Under the pieces are notes generated by a model. The model searched no databases. It was not told where the DNA came from and saw only the letters and a program-made list of their open reading frames with translations. Of a stretch of 64,000 nt of DNA, positions 38,801 through 48,646 are shown piece by piece. A program made the translations under genes and the position numbers. This DNA comes from Desulfobacterales bacterium. GTDB lineage: Bacteria > Desulfobacterota > Desulfobacteria > Desulfobacterales > UBA2174. Positions within the stretch are counted from its first letter, which is position 1. Each line of letters opens with the position of its first letter. Location of the stretch: positions 256,001 through 320,000 of the forward strand of contig CAXXWC010000021.1 in NCBI GenBank assembly GCA_963668645.2, given 5' to 3'.

Positions 38801-39178
38801 ATGAGAATACTCGTGGCGGATGAAGACCCTCTGTTCCGCGCGCTGTTGCGGATCGATCTTCGCAAGATGCACTCTCTTTACGTCCGCGAGGCCTGCGACG
38901 GCATCAGCGCCCTGCAAAAGGCCCGACTGTTCAATCCGGATCTGGTCATCGTCGATGCCCAGTTGAATCTGATTTCAGGCGCACAATTCATCGACGCACT
39001 GGACAGGGAGATCGGCATGCGTTTTATCGCCGTTGTCCTTTCCCCCTGCCCGCCGACCACTCAGAAGCCACTTTGGATCAAGGAAAACCGCCTGATCATC
39101 CCCAGGCATGGTTTGTGGTTTTTCTTGCCGGACATCATCCGGGGGATTGACCTGTTTTGCTCGTTGGCAAAGAACTGA
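38801..39178 (+). CDS. Stand-alone atypical receiver (REC) domain protein
   Basis: ILVADED, PDLVIVD and VVLS are present; the usual beta5 Lys (K-P) position reads IIPR; RBS GGAAAGGA. Confidence 0.78.
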   Translation: MRILVADEDPLFRALLRIDLRKMHSLYVREACDGISALQKARLFNPDLVIVDAQLNLISGAQFIDALDREIGMRFIAVVLSPCPPTTQKPLWIKENRLIIPRHGLWFFLPDIIRGIDLFCSLAKN

Positions 39179-39445
39179 CAGCCCGGTTCAACGCAGCGCT
39201 ACTTCATCCTGCACCGGTCAGCCGGCATGCCTAGACGCCTCCCCCTCCCCCCAATAACCCCTCCAAAGTGTGGCCCGTTTTCCTCCTTGTGAGCGATTGT
39301 TTATCCGGCCCTGATCTGTGAAAGTAGCTACCAGACGCGCGTAGACATAGCAGGGTGGCGCACAGCCACAATACATCCCGGACAGGTGTGGTCTCTGGAT
39401 GCTTTCCATCGGCGCCATCCATCCTTCGAAAGACAGGAGATTCCG

Positions 39446-40558
39446 ATGAGTCGAATGCTGCTCGCGCCAGGCCGCTATATCCAAGGCGCCGGTGCTATCT
39501 GCGAAATCGGCAGCCATGCCGAAAAACTCGGCACCAAAGCCCTTCTTTGCGGCGGGAATACCGCCTTGGAGATTTGTGGTGCGGCCATCGAAACCAGTCT
39601 GGCCGATGCCGGCCTCGCGTGCCACCGCGCCGTTTTCGGCGGGCAATGCTGCGATCCTGAAATCGACCGCCTCTCGGCCATGGCCCGTGACAACGGCTGT
39701 AACCTGATCATCGCCGCCGGTGGGGGCAAAATCATCGATACGGGCAAGGCGGTGGCCCATGCCATCGGTGCACCGGTCATGATCGTACCGACCATCGCTG
39801 CCACCGACGCCCCCTGCTCTGCCCTTGCGGTGGTTTACACCCCGGAGGGAATTTTTGACCGTTACCTCGTTTTGCCCGCCAACCCAAGTTGCGTACTGGT
39901 CGACACTGCCATCATCGCCCAGGCGCCGGCCCGCTTCCTGGTCGCCGGCATGGGCGACGCCCTGGCCACCTTCTGGGAGGCCGATACCTGCGCCACAAGC
40001 GCCAAGCCCAATGCCCTGACCGGGGCTACCCCCCCGAGCCTGTCGGCCATTTGCCTGGCCCGGCTCTGCTACGACATTTTGCTGGAACATGGCCTGATGG
40101 CCAAACTGGCCGTGGAGCGCACGGTCGTCACGCCGGCCCTCGAAGCCGTGGTCGAAGCCAACACGCTGCTCAGCGGTCTCGGCTTCGAGAGCGGCGGGCT
40201 GGCCGGCGCCCATTCGGTCCACAACGGCCTGACCGTCCTGGAACAGTGCCACGACCGGCTCCACGGCGAAAAGGTCGCCTTCGGGGTGCTGGTCCAACTC
40301 GTTCTCGAGGGGCGTTCCCGCCAGGATATCGACACCGTCGCCGAATTTTGCCTCAGCGTCGGCCTGCCGCTCTGCCTTGGGGAGCTCGGCATCACCCAAC
40401 CGACAGCGCAGCAGATCCAGGCGGTGGCCAGTGCTTGCTGCGCTGCGGGCGAAACCATCCATGCCACCGCTTTTACGGTCACCGCCGATGCGGTAGCGGC
40501 AGCCATCTGGGCGGCCGATGCCATCGGCCGTCATTACAAGCAGGCGCGCTGTGGTTGA
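39446..40558 (+). CDS. gldA: Glycerol dehydrogenase (GldA/DhaD family)
   Basis: PGRYIQG, GGGK..DTGKA, PTIAATDAPCS, SGGLAGAHSVHNGL and HGEKVAFG motifs. Confidence 0.93.
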   Translation: MSRMLLAPGRYIQGAGAICEIGSHAEKLGTKALLCGGNTALEICGAAIETSLADAGLACHRAVFGGQCCDPEIDRLSAMARDNGCNLIIAAGGGKIIDTGKAVAHAIGAPVMIVPTIAATDAPCSALAVVYTPEGIFDRYLVLPANPSCVLVDTAIIAQAPARFLVAGMGDALATFWEADTCATSAKPNALTGATPPSLSAICLARLCYDILLEHGLMAKLAVERTVVTPALEAVVEANTLLSGLGFESGGLAGAHSVHNGLTVLEQCHDRLHGEKVAFGVLVQLVLEGRSRQDIDTVAEFCLSVGLPLCLGELGITQPTAQQIQAVASACCAAGETIHATAFTVTADAVAAAIWAADAIGRHYKQARCG

Positions 40559-40677
40559 AGCCGCAGCGCGCCGGAACCCCAATGGCAACCGAACCGCGCG
40601 CCGGTTGCCGGACAAATTGCCCGTTGCCTGCGCAGGCGGATATTTAACCTTCACAATTTCACGAAAGGATCAGGTCC

Positions 40678-40962
40678 ATGATTAAAGAAGCGTTAGGGAT
40701 GATCGAAACCCGGGGACTCGTGGGCGGCATCGAAGCGGCTGACGCCATGGTCAAAGCCGCCAACGTGGTGCTCATCGGCCAACGGCAGATCGGTGCCGGA
40801 CTGGTCACGACGATGGTCCGCGGCGACGTCGGTGCGGTCAAGGCCGCCACCGACGCAGGTGCGGCCGCGGCAGAAAAGGTGGGCGAGGTGGTGTCGGTGC
40901 ACGTCATCCCCAGACCCCATCAGGATGTGGAGATGATCTTGCCGGAAAGAAAGTCCGAGTAG
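40678..40962 (+). CDS. pduA: BMC hexamer shell protein, PduA/EutM-like
   Basis: [31 protein letters not shown] and HVIPRPH motifs. Confidence 0.93.
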   Translation: MIKEALGMIETRGLVGGIEAADAMVKAANVVLIGQRQIGAGLVTTMVRGDVGAVKAATDAGAAAAEKVGEVVSVHVIPRPHQDVEMILPERKSE

Positions 40963-41017
40963 CCAAGGGGCAGGACCAACCAACACCGTCCGAAATCGAT
41001 CGCTAAGGAGTGGCTCA

Positions 41018-41830
41018 ATGGAAGAAAAACTAATCGAAAAAGTCATGCAGGAAGTCATGAAACGGGTCGGGCCGGCCAGCGCTGCCACCGGGGCGCCGGC
41101 AGAGGAGGATAAGCAGATCATCACCCCCGTTTCCCAAAGCCTGGTTCAGCTCACCGAGTTCGTCGGCGCCAGCATGGGCGACACCCAGGGGATCGTCATC
41201 GCCAATCTCGATCCGGCGATTCACGAACTGATGGAATTCGACAAAAAGTATCGCTCCATCGGCGTCATCGGTGGCCGCGTCGGCGCCGGTCCCCAACTGA
41301 TGGCGGCCGACGACGCGGTCAAAGCCACCAACACCGAAATCATCCGGGTGGAGATGCCCCGCGACACCAAGGGCGGCGCCGGCCACGGTAACTTGATCAT
41401 CTTCGGGGCCGAAGATGTCTCCGATGCACGGCGGGCCGTTGAAGTGTCGCTGGAAGTGCTGCCCAAATACTTCGGCGATGTCTACGGCAACGACCAGGGG
41501 TACACGGAGAACCAGTATTCGGCCAGGGCCAGCTTCTGTCTCAACAAGGCGTTAAACGCCCCCATCGGAAAGGCTTTCGGCCTGATTCTGGGCGCGCCGG
41601 CCGTAGTGGGCATGCTGATGATCGATACGGCCGTCAAAGCCGCCGATGTAGAAGTGGTCGGCTACGGTTCACCTAGCCACGGCACGTCCCTGACCAACGA
41701 GGTCTTTATCTGGGTAACCGGTGATTCGGGAGCGGTCCGCCAGGCGGTGATCGCCGGCCGCGAAGTGGGCAACAAGCTCCTCGGTGCCTGGGGTGAGGAG
41801 CCCAAATCGATGTCCACCCCATATATCTAG
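41018..41830 (+). CDS. pduB: BMC trimer shell protein PduB
   Basis: TEFVG..MGDT.G.VIAN, PRDTKGGAGHG and SPSHGTS motifs. Confidence 0.93.
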   Translation: MEEKLIEKVMQEVMKRVGPASAATGAPAEEDKQIITPVSQSLVQLTEFVGASMGDTQGIVIANLDPAIHELMEFDKKYRSIGVIGGRVGAGPQLMAADDAVKATNTEIIRVEMPRDTKGGAGHGNLIIFGAEDVSDARRAVEVSLEVLPKYFGDVYGNDQGYTENQYSARASFCLNKALNAPIGKAFGLILGAPAVVGMLMIDTAVKAADVEVVGYGSPSHGTSLTNEVFIWVTGDSGAVRQAVIAGREVGNKLLGAWGEEPKSMSTPYI

Positions 41831-41841
41831 GGAGAACCACG

Positions 41842-43509
41842 ATGGCAAAGCGACAGAAACGTTTTGAAATCTTGAGCCAACGCGCCGTCAACCAGGACGG
41901 CTTCATCAAGGAATGGATCGACGTGGGCCTGGTCGCCATGGACAGCCCTAACGATCCGGCGCCCAGCATCCGCATCGAGGGCAAGACCATCGTGGAGATG
42001 GATGGCAAACCGCGCGAGGCCTTCGACATGATCGACACCTGGATCGCCGATCATACCATCGACGTGTCCGCGGCCGAAAAGGTCATGGCCATGGATTCGC
42101 TGGCCATCGCCCGCATGCTGGTGGACATCAACGTACCGCGCGCCGAGATTGTTCGTCTTTCCGTCGGGATGACCCCAGCCAAGTACGTCGACGTGCTTAA
42201 ACGCATGAACGTCGTCGAACTGATGATGGCCATGCAGAAGCTGCGCCCCCGGCGCACCCCGGCCAACCAGGCCCACGTCACCAACGTCAAGGACAGCGCC
42301 CCGCTGCTGGCCGCCGATGCCGCCGAAGCCGCCCTGCGCGGTTTTGCGGAGATCGAAACCACGGTGGGTGTGGTGCGCTACGCACCGATGAACGCCATAT
42401 CGCTACTGGTGGGCGGCCAGGTCGGCCGGCCGGGGGTAATGGCCCAGTGCGCCGTGGAAGAGGCCATGGAGCTGACCATGGGCATGCGCGGTCTGACCCA
42501 CTACGCCGAGACGGTGTCGGTCTACGGCACCGAGCAGGTCTTCATCGACGGAGACGACACGCCCTGGTCCAAGACCTTTCTGGCTTCGGCCTACGCCTCG
42601 CGGGGGTTGAAGATGCGCTATACCTCCGGCACGGGTTCCGAGGTCCAGATGGGCTATGCCGAGGGCAAGTCGATGCTCTATCTGGAGATCCGTTGCGTCA
42701 TGATCACCAAGGGCGCCGGGGTCCAGGGGCTGCAAAACGGCTCGATCAGTTGTGTCGGTGTGCCCGGTGCGGTTCCGGCCGGGGTGCGCGCCATTCTGGC
42801 GGAAAACGTGGCCACGGTCCTCAACGACCTGGAGGTGGCCTCGGGCAACGATCAGACCTTCACCCATTCACCGATCCGCAACACGGCCCGAATGCTGATG
42901 CAGTTTCTGCCCGGCACCGATTTCATCTTCTCGGGCTACAGCGCCTCGCCCAACTACGACAACATGTTCGCCGGCTCGACCCATGATGTGGACGACTATG
43001 ACGACATGCTCGTACTGCAGCGCGACCTGCAGGTCGACATGGCCTTGAGACCGGTAAGCGAGGACGACGTCATCGAGGCGCGCAACAAGGCGGCCCGGGC
43101 CCTGCAGGCAGTCTTTGACGAGCTGCAGCTACCGCCCATCACCGACGAAGAGGTCGAGGCCGCCACTTACGCCCACGGCAGCAAGGACATGCCGGATCGC
43201 AACGTACCCGAAGACCTGCGGGCCATCGACGCAATGATGAAACGCGGCACCACCGGCCTCGATGTGATGAAGGCCCTGGCCAAAAACGGGTTCGGCGACG
43301 TGGCCCAGAGCGTGCTCAACATGCAAAAGGGCAAGGTCAGCGGCGATTATCTGCAAACCTCGGCCGTCTTCGACGAACAGTTCAACGTCGTGGCGGCCAT
43401 CAACGACCTCAACGATTACGAAGGCCCCGGTACCGGTTACCGCCTCGAAGGGGCGCGCTGGGAAATGCTCAAGGACATCCCGGCGGCCATCAGTCCCGAG
43501 GACGTTTAA
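41842..43509 (+). CDS. pduC: AdoCbl-dependent diol/glycerol dehydratase large subunit
   Basis: RRTPANQAHVTN, ETTVGVVRYAP, DGDDTPWSK and NDQTFTHS motifs. Confidence 0.96.
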   Translation: MAKRQKRFEILSQRAVNQDGFIKEWIDVGLVAMDSPNDPAPSIRIEGKTIVEMDGKPREAFDMIDTWIADHTIDVSAAEKVMAMDSLAIARMLVDINVPRAEIVRLSVGMTPAKYVDVLKRMNVVELMMAMQKLRPRRTPANQAHVTNVKDSAPLLAADAAEAALRGFAEIETTVGVVRYAPMNAISLLVGGQVGRPGVMAQCAVEEAMELTMGMRGLTHYAETVSVYGTEQVFIDGDDTPWSKTFLASAYASRGLKMRYTSGTGSEVQMGYAEGKSMLYLEIRCVMITKGAGVQGLQNGSISCVGVPGAVPAGVRAILAENVATVLNDLEVASGNDQTFTHSPIRNTARMLMQFLPGTDFIFSGYSASPNYDNMFAGSTHDVDDYDDMLVLQRDLQVDMALRPVSEDDVIEARNKAARALQAVFDELQLPPITDEEVEAATYAHGSKDMPDRNVPEDLRAIDAMMKRGTTGLDVMKALAKNGFGDVAQSVLNMQKGKVSGDYLQTSAVFDEQFNVVAAINDLNDYEGPGTGYRLEGARWEMLKDIPAAISPEDV

Positions 43510-43533
43510 CCGCCTCACAGGAGGATTCGATCA

Positions 43534-44190
43534 ATGGGCAGTATTTCCGAAGAAACCATCCGTCAGATCATCTGCGATGTGATCCAGCAGATCCAGGGCG
43601 AAGCCGCACCGGAATGCGGCGCTGCGGCCTCGTTGGAGGTCAAAGCAGCACCCCTGACTCTCAAAGAAACCGGCGAGGCCGTCGTAGGCAAGGACCGCAA
43701 CGAGGTGGTGATCGGCTTTCCACCAGCCTTCGGCACCACCATGACCCAGACCATCATCCATATCCCCCACCGTGAAGTGCTGCGAGAACTGATGGCCGGC
43801 ATCGAGGAGGAAGGACTCAAACCGCGCCTGGTGCGGGTCAACAAGACCGCCGATGTCGGTTTCATCGCCCACGAAGCGGCCAAACTGAGCGGATCGGGAA
43901 TCGGCATCGGGATCATCTCGCGCGGTACCACCGTCATCCACCAGCGCGATCTGGCTCCGTTGCAGAACCTGGAACTCTTCTCCCAGTCCCCTCTGGTGGA
44001 ACTTTCCACCCTGCGGTCCATCGGCCGCAACGCAGCAAAGTACGCCAAGGGGGAAAACCCCTCACCCGTGCCGGTGCGCAACGACCCCATGGCCCGGCCC
44101 AAGTATCAGGGACTGGCCGCGCTGCTGCACAACAAGGAGACCCAGTTCGTCAAACCCGGTATGCCGTCCAAGGAGGTCTGTCTCGCCTGA
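43534..44190 (+). CDS. pduD: Diol dehydratase medium subunit
   Basis: AGIEEEG, LSGSGIGIGI..GTTVIHQ and NLELF motifs; N-terminal extension. Confidence 0.95.
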   Translation: MGSISEETIRQIICDVIQQIQGEAAPECGAAASLEVKAAPLTLKETGEAVVGKDRNEVVIGFPPAFGTTMTQTIIHIPHREVLRELMAGIEEEGLKPRLVRVNKTADVGFIAHEAAKLSGSGIGIGIISRGTTVIHQRDLAPLQNLELFSQSPLVELSTLRSIGRNAAKYAKGENPSPVPVRNDPMARPKYQGLAALLHNKETQFVKPGMPSKEVCLA

Positions 44191-44274
44191 CGGCCAGCCA
44201 GCAGTCACCATCGACCACGAAACCCGGGTGCCGGGGAAACACCCCTCGCGCGGCACCCAAAGGAGCAGATACCC

Positions 44275-44811
44275 ATGGCTCAGTCGCAACCTACCACCAT
44301 CTCTCCGGATCTGATCGCCGAGGCGGTCCGTCGCGCCATGGCGGCCCTTGGTCAGGCAAGTCCGCCATCGCCGAAACCGGCAACCGCCACTCCGGGCCCG
44401 CATCTTGACGCCAAAAAAGACTTCCCCTTGGGGATCAAACGCCCCGAGCTGGTCAAGTCCTCCAGTGGCCTGAACCTGGAAGACATCTCCCTGGCCAAGG
44501 TCACCTCCGGGACGATCAACTTCGACGACGTCAAGATCCATCCCGAGACCCTCGAATACCAGGCCCAGATAGCTGAAAACATCGGCCGGCCGCATCTTGC
44601 CGCCAACTTCCGGCGCGCTGCGGAAATGACCCGTATTCCCGACGCGCGCGTGCTGGAAATCTACAACAGCCTGCGGCCCTACCGCTGCACCAAGCAGGAA
44701 CTTCTCGACATCGCCGATGAGCTGGAAACCCAGTACGCGGCGAACGCCTGCGCCGCCCTGGTCCGGGAAGCGGCTGCAGTCTACGAAAAACGCAACCGGC
44801 TCAAGGCCTAA
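44275..44811 (+). CDS. pduE: Diol dehydratase small subunit
   Basis: NFRRAAE, IPDARVLEIYN.LRPYR and VREAA motifs. Confidence 0.95.
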   Translation: MAQSQPTTISPDLIAEAVRRAMAALGQASPPSPKPATATPGPHLDAKKDFPLGIKRPELVKSSSGLNLEDISLAKVTSGTINFDDVKIHPETLEYQAQIAENIGRPHLAANFRRAAEMTRIPDARVLEIYNSLRPYRCTKQELLDIADELETQYAANACAALVREAAAVYEKRNRLKA

Positions 44812-44844
44812 CGGCCGCCGGCCTTCGGAGAAAACGGTAAAACC

Positions 44845-46673
44845 ATGGCTTTGATTGCCGGAGTGGACATCGGAAACAACACCACCGAGGTGGCGATCGC
44901 CTCGGTGAGCGCCGACCGCCAAATCACGGTCCTGTCCAGCAGTATCGTCAGGACCATTGGAATCAAAGGCACACTGCGCAACGTCTCGGGCATTATCTCG
45001 GCCCTGGACCAGGCCTTGGACAAGATCGGCCGGCGGCGCCAGGAACTGACGCAGGTCCTTCTCAACGAGGCCACTCCAGTGATCGGAGACGTGGCCATGG
45101 AAACCATCACGGAAACCGTGATCACCGAATCGGCCATGATCGGTCACAACCCCGGCACGCCGGGCGGTTTCGGTCTGGGGCTGGGCACCACCATCGCCCT
45201 GGACCGTCTCCAAGAGGCTGACCCGGACACGGCCTGGATCGTGACCATCCCCCGGACCGTCCCCTTCGGCGACGCGGCTGAAAGGCTCAATGGCGCCGGC
45301 CGCAAGGGGATCCGGGTGGCCGCGGCCATCGCCGGTAACGATGACGGCGTACTGATCCACAACCGTCTGGATCGGCCCATCCCCATCGTAGACGAGGTGC
45401 GCTTCATCGAGCGCATCCCGCTGGGCATGCCCGCCGCGGTGGAGGTCGCCGCGGTGGGCCGGTCCATCGAAAAGCTCTCCAACCCTTACGATATCGCCAC
45501 CTTGTTCCACCTCGGCCCCGACGAGACGCGCAACATCGTCCCTGTGGCCCGGGCTCTGACCGGCACGCGCAGCGCGGTGGTGATCAAGACCCCCCACGGA
45601 GAAATCAAGGAACGGCGCATCCCCGCCGGCCATCTCGACCTCATCGGTCCCCGGCAGAAAGCCCGGGTGGCCGTGGACAAGGGGGCCGACGAGATCATGG
45701 CCCGGGTGGCCGAGGTCTCACCCCTTGAGGAGATCCGGGCCGAAGCCGGCACCAACGTGGGCGGCATGTTCGAAACGGTGCGCCAGGTGATGGCCGACCT
45801 GACCCAGCAACCGGTCAGCGAAATCCGGGTCCAGGACATCATCGCCGTGGACACCCTCGTGCCCCAGGCGGTTGCCGGCAGCCTGGCCGGCGAGTACGCC
45901 ATGGGCAACGCCGTGGGACTGGCGGCCATGGTGCAGACCAACCGGCTTCCCATGCAGCGGCTGGCCCGCAAACTTGAAGAGGAAATCCGCGTGCCCGTAA
46001 AGGTGGCCGGCGTCGAGGCCGAGATGGCCGTACGCGGGGCACTGACCACCCCGGGCACCAGCGCCCCACTGGCGATCCTCGATTTGGGCGGCGGTTCCAC
46101 CGATGCCTGTCTGATCAAGGCGAACGGAGAGATCACCGCCTGCCACCTGGCCGGGGCCGGCGACATGGTCACCATGCTCATCGACAAGGAGCTGGCCCTG
46201 GGCGACCTCGACCTGGCCGAACGGATCAAGTTCTACCCCCTGGCCAAGGTCGAAACCCTCTTTCACATGCGCCATGAGGATGGATCGGTCCAGTTTTTCA
46301 ACGAACCGCTCGACCCACGCCTCTACGGCCGCGTGGTGGTCATCGGCGGCGACGGCCCGCAGCCGGTGGACTCGCGCGAGCCGCTGGGCAAGATCGCCGA
46401 AGTGCGCCAAAAGGCCAAGCATAAAGTCTTCGTGCGCAACGCCCTGCGCGCCCTGCGACAGGTGGCGCCGGCCAACAACATCCGCCTGATCCATTTCGTG
46501 GCCCTGGTGGGCGGTTCGGCCCTGGATTTCGAAATTCCGAGGATGATCACCGACGCCCTGACGACCTACGGGGTGGTCACGGACGGGCCAATGTGCGCGG
46601 CTGCGAAGGCCCGCGCAATGCCGTGGCCACCGGCCTGGTGCTGTCCTGGAACGGAGCCGGAGGAAAAGCTTGA
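44845..46673 (+). CDS. pduG: Diol dehydratase reactivase alpha subunit, with a 1-nt deletion near 46580
   Basis: GVDIGNNTTEV, GIKGT and DLGGGSTD motifs. The conserved end NVRGCEGPRNAVATGL lies in another frame and stops at TGA 46671-46673. Confidence 0.93.
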
Positions 46674-47209
46674 TGCCTGACAATGCCCCCAACGCCCCGG
46701 CCTCGGCCCGACCGGTGGTCAACATCTTCCTGGCGGACAGCAAAGCCGCCGACCTGGCGCAGGTCCTCTGCCTGGGCCTCGAAGAGGAAGGCATCCCCTG
46801 GCAGTGTTCACCGGTGGCAGAAAAGGCGGATGTGACATCCCTGGCCAAACAGGCGGCCGATCTTTCCAAACTGAACGTGGGGCTGGCCATCGCGCCGGGC
46901 GCAGGAACAATCGTGCTCCACCATCGCGATCTTCCGGTGGCCAAGCCGCTGTTCACCTTGGCCACCGGGCGGCTGGACCCCGAGAGCCTCAGGCGCCTGG
47001 GGGCCAATGCGGCACGTCTGGTCAAGGGCAATCCCATGATACTGGACCCGCCGCAACCAGACCCTGCCGCTGCGGATACCGGCAAGCGTTCGCCCGGGCC
47101 TCCGAGAGCCGCAACCGATGAAGTGACGCCGGACCAGGTGGCTGAACTGGCGATTCGGGTGCTCGCGGCCCTGCGGTCCCGGCAATCCAACAAGGGAGCG
47201 AGTCAATGA
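46673..47209 (+). CDS. pduH: Diol dehydratase reactivase beta subunit with C-terminal extension
   Basis: GLEEEGIP, S.LNVGL and RLGANAARLVKG.P motifs. Confidence 0.9.
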   Translation: MPDNAPNAPASARPVVNIFLADSKAADLAQVLCLGLEEEGIPWQCSPVAEKADVTSLAKQAADLSKLNVGLAIAPGAGTIVLHHRDLPVAKPLFTLATGRLDPESLRRLGANAARLVKGNPMILDPPQPDPAAADTGKRSPGPPRAATDEVTPDQVAELAIRVLAALRSRQSNKGASQ

Positions 47210-48009
47210 AACGATCGAGCATCGGAATGATCGAAACCTGGGGCTACACTGCGGCCGTGGAAGCGGCCGATACCGGGATGAAGGCCGCCAACGTCCGTCT
47301 GCTGGGCGTCCAGCGCGTCGGCTCGGCGCTGTGGACGGTCAGCTTCACCGGGGAGGTGGCGGCGGTGAAAAGCGCCGTCAATGCCGCCCTGGCCTCCGTG
47401 GCGCGCATCGGCCGGGTGGTGGCCCATCATGTGATCCCCCGTCCCGATGCCTCCGTCTACCGGCGTCTCGGGATTTCTTTGCCCCCAGATCCGGAAGACG
47501 TGCCTCCGCGACCCCCCTCGGGGACGCCGCAGACGGAAGCAACCGGCGATGGGCCAGAATCGTCACCGGCCGATGATCAGATGCCAGCGCCCGAGACGGC
47601 TCCGGAAACGGTGGCACCCGGATCCGATACCCTATCCCCGCCGGACGAGACCAGCACGCCGCAGCCCGAGGAAAAAGTCCCGGAGGAGGTCCCGGAGGAG
47701 GTTTCGGAGACCGAAATTTCAGAACCAGGCCCTGATACGACGCCACTTTCGGAGCCGGACGCCTCTGAGCCCGCATTGACGGCGCCCACTGCAGCGCTGC
47801 CGGAAGCAATGGAAACAACGATCGAGGAACCCCCTGCGCCTGAACCGCCTGCGCCCACCATCGATGCTGCGGCCACGGATCAAGAGCCACCGGCCGTTGC
47901 GCCGAAGCCCCACAAGGTCGGGGAAACCAAAGTCAGAGGCCCGTCCGCCAAACGAGGCCGAAAACCGGCTGCCAGGGGCGGCGCCAAAACCAAGGTTTCA
48001 AAGGAGTAG
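47206..48009 (+). CDS. BMC-H domain protein with a long acidic Pro-rich tail (PduK-like)
   Basis: IGMIETWG..EAAD..KAANV...VIPRP followed by about 180 aa of low-complexity tail. Confidence 0.88.
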   Translation: MKRSSIGMIETWGYTAAVEAADTGMKAANVRLLGVQRVGSALWTVSFTGEVAAVKSAVNAALASVARIGRVVAHHVIPRPDASVYRRLGISLPPDPEDVPPRPPSGTPQTEATGDGPESSPADDQMPAPETAPETVAPGSDTLSPPDETSTPQPEEKVPEEVPEEVSETEISEPGPDTTPLSEPDASEPALTAPTAALPEAMETTIEEPPAPEPPAPTIDAAATDQEPPAVAPKPHKVGETKVRGPSAKRGRKPAARGGAKTKVSKE

Positions 48010-48012
48010 CCT

Positions 48013-48630
48013 GTGGCCGAACTGCGTTCCTACGTCTATATCGATCGGCTTCAGCCCCAACTCGCAGCCCACCTGGGAGCCAATGCCCGCGGTTACATCC
48101 CGGTGCCGGGCTGCGCTGCCATGCTGGTGGAGATCGCGCCGGGAGTGTTGATCAACCAGGTCCTGGACGTGGCGGTCAAGGCGGCCAACATCCGCCCCGG
48201 GCTCATGGAGGTGGAGCGCCATTACGGGGTGCTCGAGTTTCATGCCCAGAACCAGGCCGACGTCCAACTGGCCGGTCAGGCCTCGCTGCAAGTGCTCGGC
48301 CGGAGTGAAAAGGATCGTTTCAAACCGCAGATCCTCAGCTCCCAGATCATCCGCAAGGTCAACCCCTATCATGCGCAGATGGTCAACGTTTCGCGCCTCT
48401 GCTCCATGCTTCTGCCCGGCCAGGACCTTTACATTCTCGAGCTGCAGCCGGCGGCCTACATCGCCGTGGCTGCCAACGAGGCGGAAAAAAGCGCCCAGAT
48501 CACCCTTGTGGACTGCCAGCTCTACGGCGCCGTGGGGCGGCTCTCCCTCGGCGGACGCCAAGCGGACATTCAACGGGCCGCTGCTGCGGCACAAACGGCC
48601 ATCGCCCAGATCGACGGGATCGAGAACTGA
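48013..48630 (+). CDS. CcmP/CsoS1D-type (BMC-Tdp, stacked gated trimer) shell protein
   Basis: ELRSYVYIDRLQ, EIAPG..IN...D.A.KAA..RPG...ER.YG, AANEAEK and GAVGRL resemble CcmP as I recall it. Confidence 0.85.
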   Translation: MAELRSYVYIDRLQPQLAAHLGANARGYIPVPGCAAMLVEIAPGVLINQVLDVAVKAANIRPGLMEVERHYGVLEFHAQNQADVQLAGQASLQVLGRSEKDRFKPQILSSQIIRKVNPYHAQMVNVSRLCSMLLPGQDLYILELQPAAYIAVAANEAEKSAQITLVDCQLYGAVGRLSLGGRQADIQRAAAAAQTAIAQIDGIEN

Positions 48631-48646
48631 AAGGACCCCGGGTTTC

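Noticed and set aside
39179..39445. NarL-type binding sites and a sigma70 promoter before gldA
   Set aside because: Only short weak repeats and poorly spaced hexamers were found; not supportable.
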